A DNA stretch of 32,269 nt from an uncultured Devosia sp. (GTDB taxonomy: Bacteria; Pseudomonadota; Alphaproteobacteria; Rhizobiales; Devosiaceae). Below the pieces are notes generated by a model. It worked only from the letters and a program-made list of their open reading frames with translations, was not told the DNA's origin and searched no databases. The translations under genes and the position numbers were made by a program. The stretch lies in the NCBI GenBank assembly GCA_913775215.1, contig CAJYKO010000376.1, positions 1 to 32,269 on the forward strand. The letters are read 5' to 3'. Of this stretch, positions 1-9,955 are shown piece by piece (the first letter of the stretch is position 1; the number at the start of each line of letters is the position of its first letter).

Positions 1-1032
1 CACGGTCTTGCCATCCGCACCATATTTGATGGCATTGTCGACGAGATTTTCAAAAACTTCATAGAGCTGGTTGCGGTCTCCGGTCACCATCACAGCCCCT
101 TCGGGCAGGTTCAGCACCACTTCGAGCTCGGCCGCCTTGGCCTGCGTCTGCAGCCCCTCGCGCACTTCGCGCAGGAGCGCCGCGAGATCTACCGACCCCG
201 TCGGGCGCACATGCTGATACATTTCAATGCGGGATAGACTCAGGAGATCATCGATCAACCGGCTCATCCGCTCCGCCTGGCCACGCATGATCCCAAGGAA
301 TTTTTCCCGCGCCACCGCGTCGCGCGCTGCGGGGCCCAGGAGCGTATCAATAAAACCGACAAGCGAAGCGAGCGGCGTGCGCAATTCGTGACTGGCATTG
401 GCAATGAAATCGGTGCGCATGGCATCGACGCGCTTCAATTCGGTAAGGCTCTGGAAGGTGACGAGAAGGTTTCGCTCGCCCTCGTCAAGCCAGTCGCCAT
501 CCGGCTGGCGGATCGGGGCCACCGTCACTCGGTCCCAGGTTTCGCTCGGCAGCGTTTCGTGTAGCTCGAAACTATGCAGCAGGCCGGTGCGCAGGGTCGC
601 GTCCACGGCGGCCACAAGTTCGGGATTGCGCATGACAAGCGTCAGCACCTTGCCCGGCTGCACATTGGGATATTGGCGGAGCGCCGCGCGATTGCGATAG
701 GCCACCGTGCCACGGCGGTCGAGCACGAGACAGGGCTCGCCAAGCGCCTCGGCAAAGGCGGCCATGAATTTTTCGCCCTGATCCTCCGGCTCGATCGCCG
801 ACATGGGCGCCTCGACCACGCGCGTCACTTCCCTGACGGGCAATGGCAGGAAGGCAACGAAGCCGAGCACGAAGACATAGCCCAGCACTGCGAGATCGAC
901 CCTAAGATTGCCGAAAATCACGAGTGCAACAAAAAGGCCGGCAAGACCGACAAGCAGCCCGGCATAGTGGGTCAGGCGCCCCAGCAGGGGCTGGGCGCCA
1001 TAAAGGCTTTGGGCCGATTGGGAATCGTCCAT
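1..1032 (-). CDS. phoR: Phosphate regulon sensor histidine kinase PhoR-like (3' end runs off window)
   Basis: Manual translation from ATG at 1032: two N-terminal hydrophobic segments, a PAS-like region, H-box MRTDFIANASHELRTPL and N-box LYEVFENLVDNAIKY. Missing from the ORF track because it is truncated. Confidence 0.85.
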   Translation of the reverse strand, partial: MDDSQSAQSLYGAQPLLGRLTHYAGLLVGLAGLFVALVIFGNLRVDLAVLGYVFVLGFVAFLPLPVREVTRVVEAPMSAIEPEDQGEKFMAAFAEALGEPCLVLDRRGTVAYRNRAALRQYPNVQPGKVLTLVMRNPELVAAVDATLRTGLLHSFELHETLPSETWDRVTVAPIRQPDGDWLDEGERNLLVTFQSLTELKRVDAMRTDFIANASHELRTPLASLVGFIDTLLGPAARDAVAREKFLGIMRGQAERMSRLIDDLLSLSRIEMYQHVRPTGSVDLAALLREVREGLQTQAKAAELEVVLNLPEGAVMVTGDRNQLYEVFENLVDNAIKYGADGKTV

Positions 1033-1119
1033 TTTGGGCCGCCTAATCAATCGCTTGCTCCCGCCTCTTGCGCGGGAACCCAGTTTTTAGCACGGTGCAT
1101 GTAACAACGGAGCGACAGC

Positions 1120-1974
1120 GTGAGCGATCCCATTCTCGGCTTTGACATCGACAATCCAGAACTGCCCCATGCCATCGACAAGGGGGCGCTGACATCGGGC
1201 GGCTTCCCCTATGACAAGAAGCTCGACCGCACCGAGTATGACATGCAGCTTTACGCGCTGCAAAAGCAGCTTGTGCTGCTCCAGGCCCATATGGCCAAGG
1301 CCGGCGAGCGCATCGTCGTCGTTTTCGAAGGCCGCGACGCCGCCGGCAAGGGCGGCACGATCAAGACGATCATGGAAAATCTCAATCCGCGCTACAACAT
1401 CATCGCGGCTTTGCCCAAGCCGAACGATCGCGAGCGCACCCAGTGGTATTTCCAGCGCTATATCGATTGGCTCCCGGCCGCCGGGGAAATGGTGCTCTTC
1501 GATCGCTCCTGGTACAATCGCGCCGGCGTCGAACCGGTCATGGGCTTCTGCACCCCGGAAGAAACAGAACTCTTTCTCGAAGAAGCCCCCGAATTTGAAA
1601 AGCGCCTGACGCGCGACGGCATAAAACTCTTCAAATTCTGGCTCTCGATCGGCCGCGAAATGCAGCTGAAGCGTTTTCACGATCGCCGCCACGACCCGCT
1701 CAAAACCTGGAAGCTGTCCCCGATCGATCTCGAGGCGCTCAAAAAGTGGGACGATTACTCCAAGGCCCGCGACCGCATGCTCGAGCGCACGGACAGCAAG
1801 CACGCCCCCTGGACCATCGTCCGCGCCAATGACAAGCGCCGGTTAAGGCTCAACGTCATCCGCACCCTGCTTGATGGCTTCGAGTTCGAAGGCAAAAATC
1901 CCAAGGCCATCGGCAAGATCGACGACAAGATCATTCTGAGCGCCGAAGACTTTCTGAAGATGGACGGGGAATAA
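1120..1974 (+). CDS. ppk2: Polyphosphate kinase 2
   Basis: Walker A FEGRDAAGKGGTIK, FDRSWYNR and DPLKTWKLSPID motifs. GTG start preceded by GGAG. Confidence 0.95.
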   Translation: MSDPILGFDIDNPELPHAIDKGALTSGGFPYDKKLDRTEYDMQLYALQKQLVLLQAHMAKAGERIVVVFEGRDAAGKGGTIKTIMENLNPRYNIIAALPKPNDRERTQWYFQRYIDWLPAAGEMVLFDRSWYNRAGVEPVMGFCTPEETELFLEEAPEFEKRLTRDGIKLFKFWLSIGREMQLKRFHDRRHDPLKTWKLSPIDLEALKKWDDYSKARDRMLERTDSKHAPWTIVRANDKRRLRLNVIRTLLDGFEFEGKNPKAIGKIDDKIILSAEDFLKMDGE

Positions 1975-1987
1975 GCGCGCAGTCAGC

Positions 1988-3724
1988 CTATGCTTGCCCG
2001 ATCTCGGGATAGGCGACGACGCATCCCCGTCCTTGGGCCTTGGCGGCATAGCAGGCGGCGTCGGCTTCGCTGAGGCAGGTGGCGGGCGATTGCGCGTCGG
2101 GAGTAATCGCGGCAGCGCCGATGCTGGCCCCGATTTGATAATCACGCCCGCTCCAGGAAAAGATCAGCGCGCCAATGGCGCGGACGATCTTTTGGCCGAC
2201 AAGCTTGCCATTGGGCAGCGGGCAATCTTCGAGGAGTACCGCAAATTCGTCGCCGCCGAGCCGAGCGGCAAGATCATGCCCGCGACAGGCGCCGCGAATG
2301 GTTTCTGCGACCTGCTTAAGCAGCGCGTCGCCCGCGGCGTGACCGGCCGTGTCGTTGACCGGCTTGAAGCGATCAAGATCGATGTAAAGAAGGCAATGGC
2401 GCCGATTGCTTCCTTCGGCAGAAGCCAGCGCAAGGTTGAGGGCGCGATCGAAAGCGGCGCGGTTGGGCAGGCTCGTCAGTGGATCGTGATTGGCAGAATG
2501 CACGAGCTCGCGTTGCAGGGCGCGGCTCTGGCTGATGTCCTGAAAGACCAGCACGGCGCCGGTGACGCTGCCATCCGGCATGACGACGGGCGAGGCTGAA
2601 CATCGGATATCGCGCGCCTGGCCATCGCGCGAAACAAGGATCACTTCGTCCGGCACCTCGTAGGGGCTGCCATGGGTCAGGCAGGTGATGGCGGGGCACG
2701 GTGCTGCCTCATGGCCATGGGCATGGCGTAGCGGAAACACATTTTCGGCAAACTGGCCGACTGCATCGGATTGGGTGAACCCGGTAAAGCGCTCGGCAGC
2801 CGGGTTCATGAAGGTTACACGACCGGCGCTGTCCGTCCCGATCATGCCATCGGCGACGGCTTCGAGGGTGACACGCAGTCGCTCCTTTTCAGCTGCCAGT
2901 TCCTGCTCGATGGTCTTGAGATAGGTAATGTCGGTATCGGTACCGACGGTTCGCAGAGTATTTCCGTTCTCATCCCACTCGACGGGACGACCACGGCTCA
3001 TGATCCAGATATATTTGCCGTCTCTTCTACGTTCGCGATACTCCAAGGCATCGAAATTGTCGTCGCCCTGATCCTGCTTGTGAATGTCTCTCAAAACGCG
3101 GGCAACGTCATCGGGATGCAGTCGGGCAATCCACTGTTCCTGATGGTCGCTCCCGATCTTCTCTTCCTCGGGAATGCCACGCATGCGCCGCCACATGCGG
3201 GAATAAAACATGCCGTCGGTGCGAATATCGTGGTCCCACACACCCTGCCGCGCGCTTTCGAGCGCAAAGTTCCAGCGGTTTTCCGTATAGACTAGGGCTT
3301 CCTCGGCGCGCTTTTGCAGCTCGATGCTCGTCACCTGCAGCATGACGCAATCCGGTTCGCCATTGGGATTGCGGGCGAGCGCTGCCGCCAGCATAACCCA
3401 GATGGATTGGCCGTCGGCATGGCGCATCTGGTGTTCGCCGCGATACAGCTCGGACTCGCCGCGAGCCAGGCGCTCAAGATGCTGGCGGCCGGCATGCGCA
3501 TCGGCCTCGTGGAAGAGGTCGAAGCCGTCAAGAGGCGTTTCAGCATCGAGCCCATAGCCGAGAAGGCGCGTAAAGGCTGGATTGAGATAACGCGCGGTGC
3601 CCTCGAGCCCGGTCACGAGCATGCCGACAGGCGCAATTTCGGCCAGGCGCGACAGGACCGGCACCGCGCGCTGGCTGCTTTTCGATCGGACTACCCGCCG
3701 CTGCGCGGCACGCGTCATGCTCAT
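1988..3724 (-). CDS. PAS/PAC-domain diguanylate cyclase (three PAS domains + GGDEF, no EAL)
   Basis: HDPLTSLPNR, DLDRFKPVNDTAGHAAGD and RGHDLAARLGGDEF (intact GGDEF and RxxD I-site). Start placed at the ATG just after the upstream gene's stop. Confidence 0.9.
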   Translation of the reverse strand: MSMTRAAQRRVVRSKSSQRAVPVLSRLAEIAPVGMLVTGLEGTARYLNPAFTRLLGYGLDAETPLDGFDLFHEADAHAGRQHLERLARGESELYRGEHQMRHADGQSIWVMLAAALARNPNGEPDCVMLQVTSIELQKRAEEALVYTENRWNFALESARQGVWDHDIRTDGMFYSRMWRRMRGIPEEEKIGSDHQEQWIARLHPDDVARVLRDIHKQDQGDDNFDALEYRERRRDGKYIWIMSRGRPVEWDENGNTLRTVGTDTDITYLKTIEQELAAEKERLRVTLEAVADGMIGTDSAGRVTFMNPAAERFTGFTQSDAVGQFAENVFPLRHAHGHEAAPCPAITCLTHGSPYEVPDEVILVSRDGQARDIRCSASPVVMPDGSVTGAVLVFQDISQSRALQRELVHSANHDPLTSLPNRAAFDRALNLALASAEGSNRRHCLLYIDLDRFKPVNDTAGHAAGDALLKQVAETIRGACRGHDLAARLGGDEFAVLLEDCPLPNGKLVGQKIVRAIGALIFSWSGRDYQIGASIGAAAITPDAQSPATCLSEADAACYAAKAQGRGCVVAYPEIGQA

Positions 3725-3729
3725 CCAGC

Positions 3730-4566
3730 TCAGCCCTGATCGAGACGCGAGAGAATGAAATCGCGTTCTTCGGCAAGCCCGGTCCATTCATGCGGGTGCT
3801 CGGCGTCAAAGATCAGCGTATAAGGGCCCTTGTAGCCCGCGCCCTCGGCTGCCGAGAGGCAGGCAGCATAATCGGCTTCGTCGAGCTGGCCATCGGCAAA
3901 GCCTGCTTTGGCGTGGCAAAGTTCGGCGCGCGCAAAGATCGAGGCGAGATCCTGGTATTTGGTGGAGCCCGACCAATTGCCGAAATCGCCCAGAAGACCG
4001 ACGCGTCCTTCGAGCCGATCGAGCACTTCGTGAACGATTGCCGGAGACGAAAGTAGATCGAACCAGTTCTCGGTCACAAGGCGGAGGGGCGAGCCGGCAT
4101 TGGCATCGGCCAATTGCCGAAGGGCCGCAATGGAGCGCTCGATGTTTTCCGGCGTCGGCTTCTGCTTGCCCGCAATGATGCGGGCATTTTCGGCGCCGAG
4201 CTCATTGGCGACGTCGACCCAGCCGGCAATCCAGGCCGTATCGCGCGGACCATTGACCGGGTCGGTGATGTCACCGGCATCGATGAGAAGCGTCTGCAGT
4301 GTGACGCCGGCGATGCGGAGCTGCTCGCGCAGTTCAGCGAGATAGATAGAATCGCGGCTGCGCATGTGGAAGGAGACGATTTCGAGGCGCTTGTAGCCGT
4401 GATTGGCAAGCACCGACGGCAGGCCAAGCAGGGATTCGCTGCCTTCGCCATAGGTATCTTCGCCCGGACCTATGGCGTCGGTGGTCAGGTCGTGCGCATA
4501 GGTCGTGCCCAAAAGGCGATGCAACGACCAGGTGGAGACCGCAATTCGGTCAGCACTCTGGGCCAT
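3730..4566 (-). CDS. Sugar phosphate isomerase/epimerase family TIM-barrel protein
   Basis: VSTWSLH N-terminus; LVTENW, GDFGNW and CHAK metal-ligand motifs. Confidence 0.8.
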   Translation of the reverse strand: MAQSADRIAVSTWSLHRLLGTTYAHDLTTDAIGPGEDTYGEGSESLLGLPSVLANHGYKRLEIVSFHMRSRDSIYLAELREQLRIAGVTLQTLLIDAGDITDPVNGPRDTAWIAGWVDVANELGAENARIIAGKQKPTPENIERSIAALRQLADANAGSPLRLVTENWFDLLSSPAIVHEVLDRLEGRVGLLGDFGNWSGSTKYQDLASIFARAELCHAKAGFADGQLDEADYAACLSAAEGAGYKGPYTLIFDAEHPHEWTGLAEERDFILSRLDQG

Positions 4567-4690
4567 AGGTATTCTCCCCGTTCCTCGGAATCAGACTCTC
4601 ACGCGTAAAGGCGCCGTGCAATTCAATTTCTCAGGCCAGCAGCACTTAACGCGGAGGCCGCACGGGATGCGCAGCCATCAGCATAATGAC

Positions 4691-5521
4691 CTAGCGGATG
4701 CGATAGATCCGCTCGGCATTGGCAGCAAAGAGCTTTTGCTGATTGTCCTGGGACTCAGGCGAAACGATCTCGCGCAGGGCTTCCACCCAGCGGGTCAGCG
4801 TGCCGGTCTTGGTGACAACCGGATAATCCGAACCAAAGACGACACGATCCCAGCCAAAACTGTCGATGACATGCTCGACATAGGGGCGGAGCGTTTCGGT
4901 GGTCCAATCAGGGTCGCAATGATTGACCACGCCCGACACCTTGCCGTTGACATTGGGCAGCGCGGCAATGGCCGTGAGATCCTGGCGCCATGGGTCGAGC
5001 CCGACGCCATTGATGTCGGGATTGCCGCAATGGTCGAGCACGAAGGTCACCTCGGGCAGCTTTTGCGCGAGAGCGACGCCAAGATGGAGCTGGTCGGCGC
5101 GGAGACAGAGATCGAAGGTCAGGTTGTGCTTGGCCAGCAGCCGCAGATTGTCGGCAAAAAGCTGGTCCTGGCTGATGCTGTCGTCGATCTCATGGAGAAT
5201 GCGCCTCAGGCCCTTGATGCGGCCTTGGCCGATCGCAAGGAGCCTTTCGAGCTGCTGCGGAAAATCGGGATGTTCCGGGCGGCAGGCCGCTATCGCGCCA
5301 GTGACGCCCGGGAGGCCGAGCACGAAGCCTGTTTCCGCCTCGATATCGCCTTCTGCGACGTCCACTTCCATATGGAGCGCTTCTTCGATACCGAGCGACT
5401 TAGCCTCGGCCCAATAGGTTTGGGCCGGCCATGGGCGATTGATCGCCGGAGCACCCGACAGCCAGGGATAGGTGAGGCGGTCGGGATAGACGAGGTGTAG
5501 ATGGGTATCGATAATGCGCAT
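4691..5521 (-). CDS. Amidohydrolase_2 family protein (sugar lactonase-like)
   Basis: IIDTHLH, FVLDHCGNP and FGSDYPV motifs. GGAGGA RBS. Confidence 0.88.
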   Translation of the reverse strand: MRIIDTHLHLVYPDRLTYPWLSGAPAINRPWPAQTYWAEAKSLGIEEALHMEVDVAEGDIEAETGFVLGLPGVTGAIAACRPEHPDFPQQLERLLAIGQGRIKGLRRILHEIDDSISQDQLFADNLRLLAKHNLTFDLCLRADQLHLGVALAQKLPEVTFVLDHCGNPDINGVGLDPWRQDLTAIAALPNVNGKVSGVVNHCDPDWTTETLRPYVEHVIDSFGWDRVVFGSDYPVVTKTGTLTRWVEALREIVSPESQDNQQKLFAANAERIYRIR

Positions 5522-5665
5522 GTGTCCTCCGCCGGCGAAAATAGCAGAAGGCGCGCCGGAGTGAACCCTGTGCCTTGTGGAAGAGGTCAGTTAAAGCCTT
5601 TGGCAGACCGGCTCCTTTTAAGCTTTTGAACGTTATGGGGAGGCGGAATAAGTCTCCGAGGCACT

Positions 5666-6427
5666 ATGGAAAAAGAGACGCGCAGCCCAGTTCTGGTGAC
5701 CAATGCGCGCGGGCGGTCGCCCTTTGTCATCGTCTGCGATCATGCATCGAACCGCATCCCCGAGCGCTACGGGGATCTTGGCCTGACACCCAGCGAGCGG
5801 TTGAGCCATATCGCCTGGGACCCCGGCGCACTGGCGGTCAGTCGGTTTTTGTCCGATAGCCTCAATGCGCCGCTGATCGAATCGACGGTCTCGCGCCTCG
5901 TCATCGACTGCAACCGCGCGCTTGATGCGCCGGATTTGATCTGGACGCTGTCGGAGCGGACGCGTATCGCCGCCAATGAAAATCTCAGCGACGAGGAGCG
6001 CCAGTACCGGATCCGGCATTTTCACCGGCCGTTTCACGGCGCCATCGAAATGCTGCTCGAAGCGCGGCGCAATGCGGGCCAGGAATCGATCCTTGTTTGC
6101 ATGCATTCGTTCACGCCGGTTTATCTCGGCGTAGCACGCCCCTGGCCGATCGGGCTCATGCATGGTCGCGACAGTCGATTCACCGAGCGACTGCGCGACG
6201 CCATGGCCGCCGAACGACCCGAGCTCAACATAGGCTGGAACGAGCCCTATGCCGCCCTGACCGGGGTGACCCTGACACTCGAAGCTCATGGCGATGGCCG
6301 CGGCATCGAATCAACGATGATCGAATTGCGCAATGACGAAATCCTGTCGCCCGAAGGGGCCCGGCGCTGGGCCGGCCTCCTCGCGCGCAGCCTTGAAGCC
6401 GCGCGCTTGAAAGGCGCCAGGCCTTAG
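5666..6427 (+). CDS. N-formylglutamate amidohydrolase family protein
   Basis: VCDHASN, HIAWDPGA, SRLVIDCNR, HSFTP and NEPY motifs. Confidence 0.9.
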   Translation: MEKETRSPVLVTNARGRSPFVIVCDHASNRIPERYGDLGLTPSERLSHIAWDPGALAVSRFLSDSLNAPLIESTVSRLVIDCNRALDAPDLIWTLSERTRIAANENLSDEERQYRIRHFHRPFHGAIEMLLEARRNAGQESILVCMHSFTPVYLGVARPWPIGLMHGRDSRFTERLRDAMAAERPELNIGWNEPYAALTGVTLTLEAHGDGRGIESTMIELRNDEILSPEGARRWAGLLARSLEAARLKGARP

Positions 6428-7896
6428 CCGGCGACAGAAGCCACAGTGGCCTTGGCGCCCTGGTCGAAAAGGCTGTCGAGATGGCCGATTACGGCCTCGC
6501 GGAAGATGGCATTGGCGGCGAGATCGCTGCCGAAAATTTCCGTCAACGCCGAAAGCCCCTCGTAAAGCGCCACAGGATCGTCTCCCGCATCGGCGGCGAT
6601 GGCGTGCATCTTGAGTGCGTGCGGATCGCGCACGTCGATCTCATTGCCCGCTTCATCGACGCCTGTCACATAGCGCATCCAGGCGGCGACCCCGAGCGCA
6701 AGACGCGTCATCGGCTGACCGGCCTTGAGGCGATCGCGAATGGTGCCGAGAAGGCGCTGCGGCAGCTTTTGCGAACCATCCATGGCGATCTGCCAGGTGC
6801 GATGTTTCAGGGCCGGATTGCGGAAGCGCTCAAGCAACTGATCGCGATAGGCACCAAGATCGGTGCCCGGCATATCGAGCGTCGGCATGGCTTCTTCGGT
6901 CATCAGGCCATGGATCAGCTTGACGTAAGCCGCATCGCCCATGACCTCGGCGATATATTGGTAGCCACCGAGATAACCGAGATAGGCCATGGTCGAGTGC
7001 GAGCCGTTGAGCATCCTGAGCTTCATCAACTCGAAGGGCTCGACATCTTTCACCAGTTGCGCACCAACCTTTTCGAAGGCCGGGCGACCGGCGGGGAAAT
7101 GATCTTCGATCACCCATTGGGTAAAGGGCTCGGTCATGATCGGCCAGGCGTCTTCCGCGCCGATGAGCTCAGCGACCTCGGCGCGATCAGCATCGGTGGT
7201 CGATGGAACGATGCGATCGACCATAGTCGAGGGGAAGGCAACGTTTTCGACCCATTTGCCAAGATCGGTCTCGCGGAGGCTAGCAAAGCGGGTGACGATC
7301 CGCTTGGCCGTTTCGCCATTGGAGGGAAGATTATCGCAACTCATCACCGTGAAGGGCGTAAGCCCAGCCGCTTTCCGCCGCGCCAGCGCCTCGACCAGCA
7401 TGCCCGGCGCCGATTTCGGCGCTGTGGGATTGGCGAGATCGTGGACCACGTCCGGATGCTTCTGATCGAGTTCGCCGGTTGCCGGATCGTGGCAATAGCC
7501 CTTTTCGGTGACCGTCAATGAAACGATGCGGATTTCGGGCGAAGCCATCAGGGCGAGCAGTTCTTCCCGCTCGGTGTTCGCATCCATCACCGACAGGATC
7601 GAGCCGATAACGCGTGGATGGGTGCCGGCCGCATCGCGCACGGCGATGGTGTAAAGCCCACCCTGCGGCTCAAGCGCCTCCTTGGTGTCTGGCCGACGAA
7701 GGCTGGCGCCGACAATACCCCAGCTCAGGTCCTCGGCCAGGAGATCGTCGACATAGACAGCCATATGGGCCCGGTGAAACGCGCCGATCCCCAGATGCAC
7801 GATGCCCGGCGAGACCTTCTCCCGATCATAGTTCGGCACGCCAATACCCGCTTTGAGAGAGCCGAGGATTTTGGGGCTAAGGCGTTCGCTGGTCAT
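6424..7896 (-). CDS. uxuB: Mannitol dehydrogenase family, D-mannonate oxidoreductase-like
   Basis: VHLGIGAFHRAH, LTVTEKGY, MVDRIVP and QIAMDGSQKLPQR. Start trimmed to MTSERL (ATG 7896); the rest of the 779-aa ORF is antisense to kdgK. Confidence 0.85.
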   Translation of the reverse strand: MTSERLSPKILGSLKAGIGVPNYDREKVSPGIVHLGIGAFHRAHMAVYVDDLLAEDLSWGIVGASLRRPDTKEALEPQGGLYTIAVRDAAGTHPRVIGSILSVMDANTEREELLALMASPEIRIVSLTVTEKGYCHDPATGELDQKHPDVVHDLANPTAPKSAPGMLVEALARRKAAGLTPFTVMSCDNLPSNGETAKRIVTRFASLRETDLGKWVENVAFPSTMVDRIVPSTTDADRAEVAELIGAEDAWPIMTEPFTQWVIEDHFPAGRPAFEKVGAQLVKDVEPFELMKLRMLNGSHSTMAYLGYLGGYQYIAEVMGDAAYVKLIHGLMTEEAMPTLDMPGTDLGAYRDQLLERFRNPALKHRTWQIAMDGSQKLPQRLLGTIRDRLKAGQPMTRLALGVAAWMRYVTGVDEAGNEIDVRDPHALKMHAIAADAGDDPVALYEGLSALTEIFGSDLAANAIFREAVIGHLDSLFDQGAKATVASVAG

Positions 7897-8037
7897 GGCG
7901 GCTCCGGAAGATAAAATCGGGCGCAGCATAATGACTTCCAATCTTGTATGGAAGGGTGGGTTTATGATGAAGTCGAAGACTTGCGGCGTTGTGTTGCGCC
8001 CGGCATAAGCCTTGAGGACACGGAGGAGGAAACCGTC

Positions 8038-8949
8038 ATGGCCGGCAAGCGGATCGTCAGCATCGGCGAATGCATGATCGAAATGAGTGGCGGGGAAGAC
8101 CGCAATTATCGCCTCGGCTATGCCGGCGATACGCTCAACACCGCCTGGTATCTGCGCGCGCTGCTCGGCAAGGACTGGAACGTCGATTATGTGACGGCGC
8201 TCGGCAAGGACCGCTATTCCGACGATATCCGCACCTTCCTCCAATCCAATGACATCGGCACGGGCCATATCGGCACGGTGCCCGAGCGCCGTCCGGGTCT
8301 TTACATGATCCATCAGGACAAGGGCGACCGGCATTTTACATATTGGCGCGACCAGTCCGCGGCCAAGCTTCTCGCCGACGACAAGGCGGCGCTCCATAAG
8401 GCCGTCGAGGGCGCGAGCCTCGTCTACTTCTCCGGGATCACGCTCGCCATCCTCGCGCCGCGCGCCCGTGGTCGGCTGCTCGGGGCAATCGTCAAGGCGC
8501 GGGACAATGGTGCCAAGATCGCCTTCGATACCAATCTGCGGCCGGCGCTCTGGTCCAGCCAAAGGGTGATGGCCTCGGTGCTGACGGCCGCCGCAAGCCT
8601 TTGCGATATAGTCCTCCCCACCCATTCCGACGAAGCCCCGCTCTTTGGTGACAAAAGCGTCGAGGACACGGCTGAGCGCTATCTCGAACTCGGCGTCGAA
8701 GAGGTTGTGGTGAAGGACGGCGCCAAGGAAGCCTTTATCGCCACGGCGAGCGAGCGCGTGCATGTCTCGCCCAAGCCAGTCGAAACAGTGGTGGATGCCA
8801 CCGGGGCTGGCGATAGTTTCAATGGCGGCTATCTCTCAGCCCGGCTCACCGGCAAGTCGATCCGCGAAGCAGCCGAAGAGGCGCATTGCGTCGCTGGCAT
8901 CGTCATCGGCCATAAGGGAGCACTGGTCGAACCCAAATTCTTGGGATGA
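8038..8949 (+). CDS. kdgK: PfkB-family 2-dehydro-3-deoxygluconokinase
   Basis: IGECMIE, AGDTLNTAWY, FDTNLRPALW and DATGAGDSFNGG. GGAGGAGG RBS before ATG 8038; divergent from uxuB. Confidence 0.85.
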   Translation: MAGKRIVSIGECMIEMSGGEDRNYRLGYAGDTLNTAWYLRALLGKDWNVDYVTALGKDRYSDDIRTFLQSNDIGTGHIGTVPERRPGLYMIHQDKGDRHFTYWRDQSAAKLLADDKAALHKAVEGASLVYFSGITLAILAPRARGRLLGAIVKARDNGAKIAFDTNLRPALWSSQRVMASVLTAAASLCDIVLPTHSDEAPLFGDKSVEDTAERYLELGVEEVVVKDGAKEAFIATASERVHVSPKPVETVVDATGAGDSFNGGYLSARLTGKSIREAAEEAHCVAGIVIGHKGALVEPKFLG

Positions 8950-8959
8950 GGCCCGGCCT

Positions 8960-9871
8960 TCAAACAGAAGGCGCATAGGTCTCGGCGCAGAGCGCGACGA
9001 AACTTTTCATTCCCGCCGATTGCGGGCTCGACTTGCGCCGCGCGACCAGCAATTGCCTCATGGCCCAGCTTTCGGCGAGCGGGGCGCAGACCAGGTCGGT
9101 TCCTGCGAGAAGATGTAGGCTCGTCGAGCGCAAAAAGCCGATGCCGAACCCTGCCTCCACCATGCGCACGAGCGCGGGGAAACTTTCGACCCGCAGCGTC
9201 TCGGTCAGCGCCTTGCCCTTGGCTTCCGCCGCCTCCGCCAGGAGCCGATCGAGCGAGCCGGAATGATGCACGCCGACAACGGCATGGCCGCGCACCGCAT
9301 CGAACGAGATGGATTTGCGCGGCTCGATTTCGCTCGCCAGCGGATGGTCGGGCGGCGCCAGCACCCAGACGCGCTCGTCCTCGAAGGGCCGGATTTCAAA
9401 GCGCGCGAAATCGTAATTGTCCGAAACGATGGCGACATCGGCCCGGCCCTCATCGAGCGCCAGCAGCGCCTTGGCCGCGCCCATTTCGGCGATGGAGAGT
9501 TCGATCCCCGGAAACTTCTTGGCAAAGCGCGCCAGCAATTCCGGCAGACGCCCGGTCAGCGCGGAACCGGTACAGGCAAGCCTTAGGCTGCCGCGCTGCC
9601 CCGACCCAAACTCGGCCATGACGGCATCGAGATCGGCAATCGAGCGCAGAACCGTCCGGCACCCTTCGGCATAGGCTTCACCCGCGGCGGTGAGCTTCAC
9701 CCCCTGCGCCGAGCGATCGAACAGCACGACCCCAAGTCGCGCTTCGAGGTCAGATACGCGTCGACTGACGGCGGACGAGGCAATGCCCTCGCGCTCGGCC
9801 GCCCGGCCGATCGAGCCGGTTTCAGCCAAGAGCAGAATGAGCCGCGCGGTGACGCTGTCGAATGGTGCCAT
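8960..9871 (-). CDS. LysR family transcriptional regulator
   Basis: HTH GSIGRAAEREGIASSAVSRRVSDLEARLGVVLFDR followed by a substrate-binding domain. GAGGA RBS before ATG 9871. Confidence 0.92.
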   Translation of the reverse strand: MAPFDSVTARLILLLAETGSIGRAAEREGIASSAVSRRVSDLEARLGVVLFDRSAQGVKLTAAGEAYAEGCRTVLRSIADLDAVMAEFGSGQRGSLRLACTGSALTGRLPELLARFAKKFPGIELSIAEMGAAKALLALDEGRADVAIVSDNYDFARFEIRPFEDERVWVLAPPDHPLASEIEPRKSISFDAVRGHAVVGVHHSGSLDRLLAEAAEAKGKALTETLRVESFPALVRMVEAGFGIGFLRSTSLHLLAGTDLVCAPLAESWAMRQLLVARRKSSPQSAGMKSFVALCAETYAPSV

Positions 9872-9955
9872 GTCTTTTCCTCGTCGCCACCATAATGGCG
9901 GAACGCCCGAGGTCAAAACGCATCGCAGAACATTGGACCAATTGCTGTGCGTAAG

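Noticed and set aside
1033-1119. Pho box between phoR and ppk2
   Set aside because: No CTGTCAT-like direct repeats with 11-bp spacing.
7897-8763. N-terminal extension making the 779-aa uxuB ORF
   Set aside because: It is the antisense shadow of kdgK. The mannitol-dehydrogenase family sequence begins near 7896.
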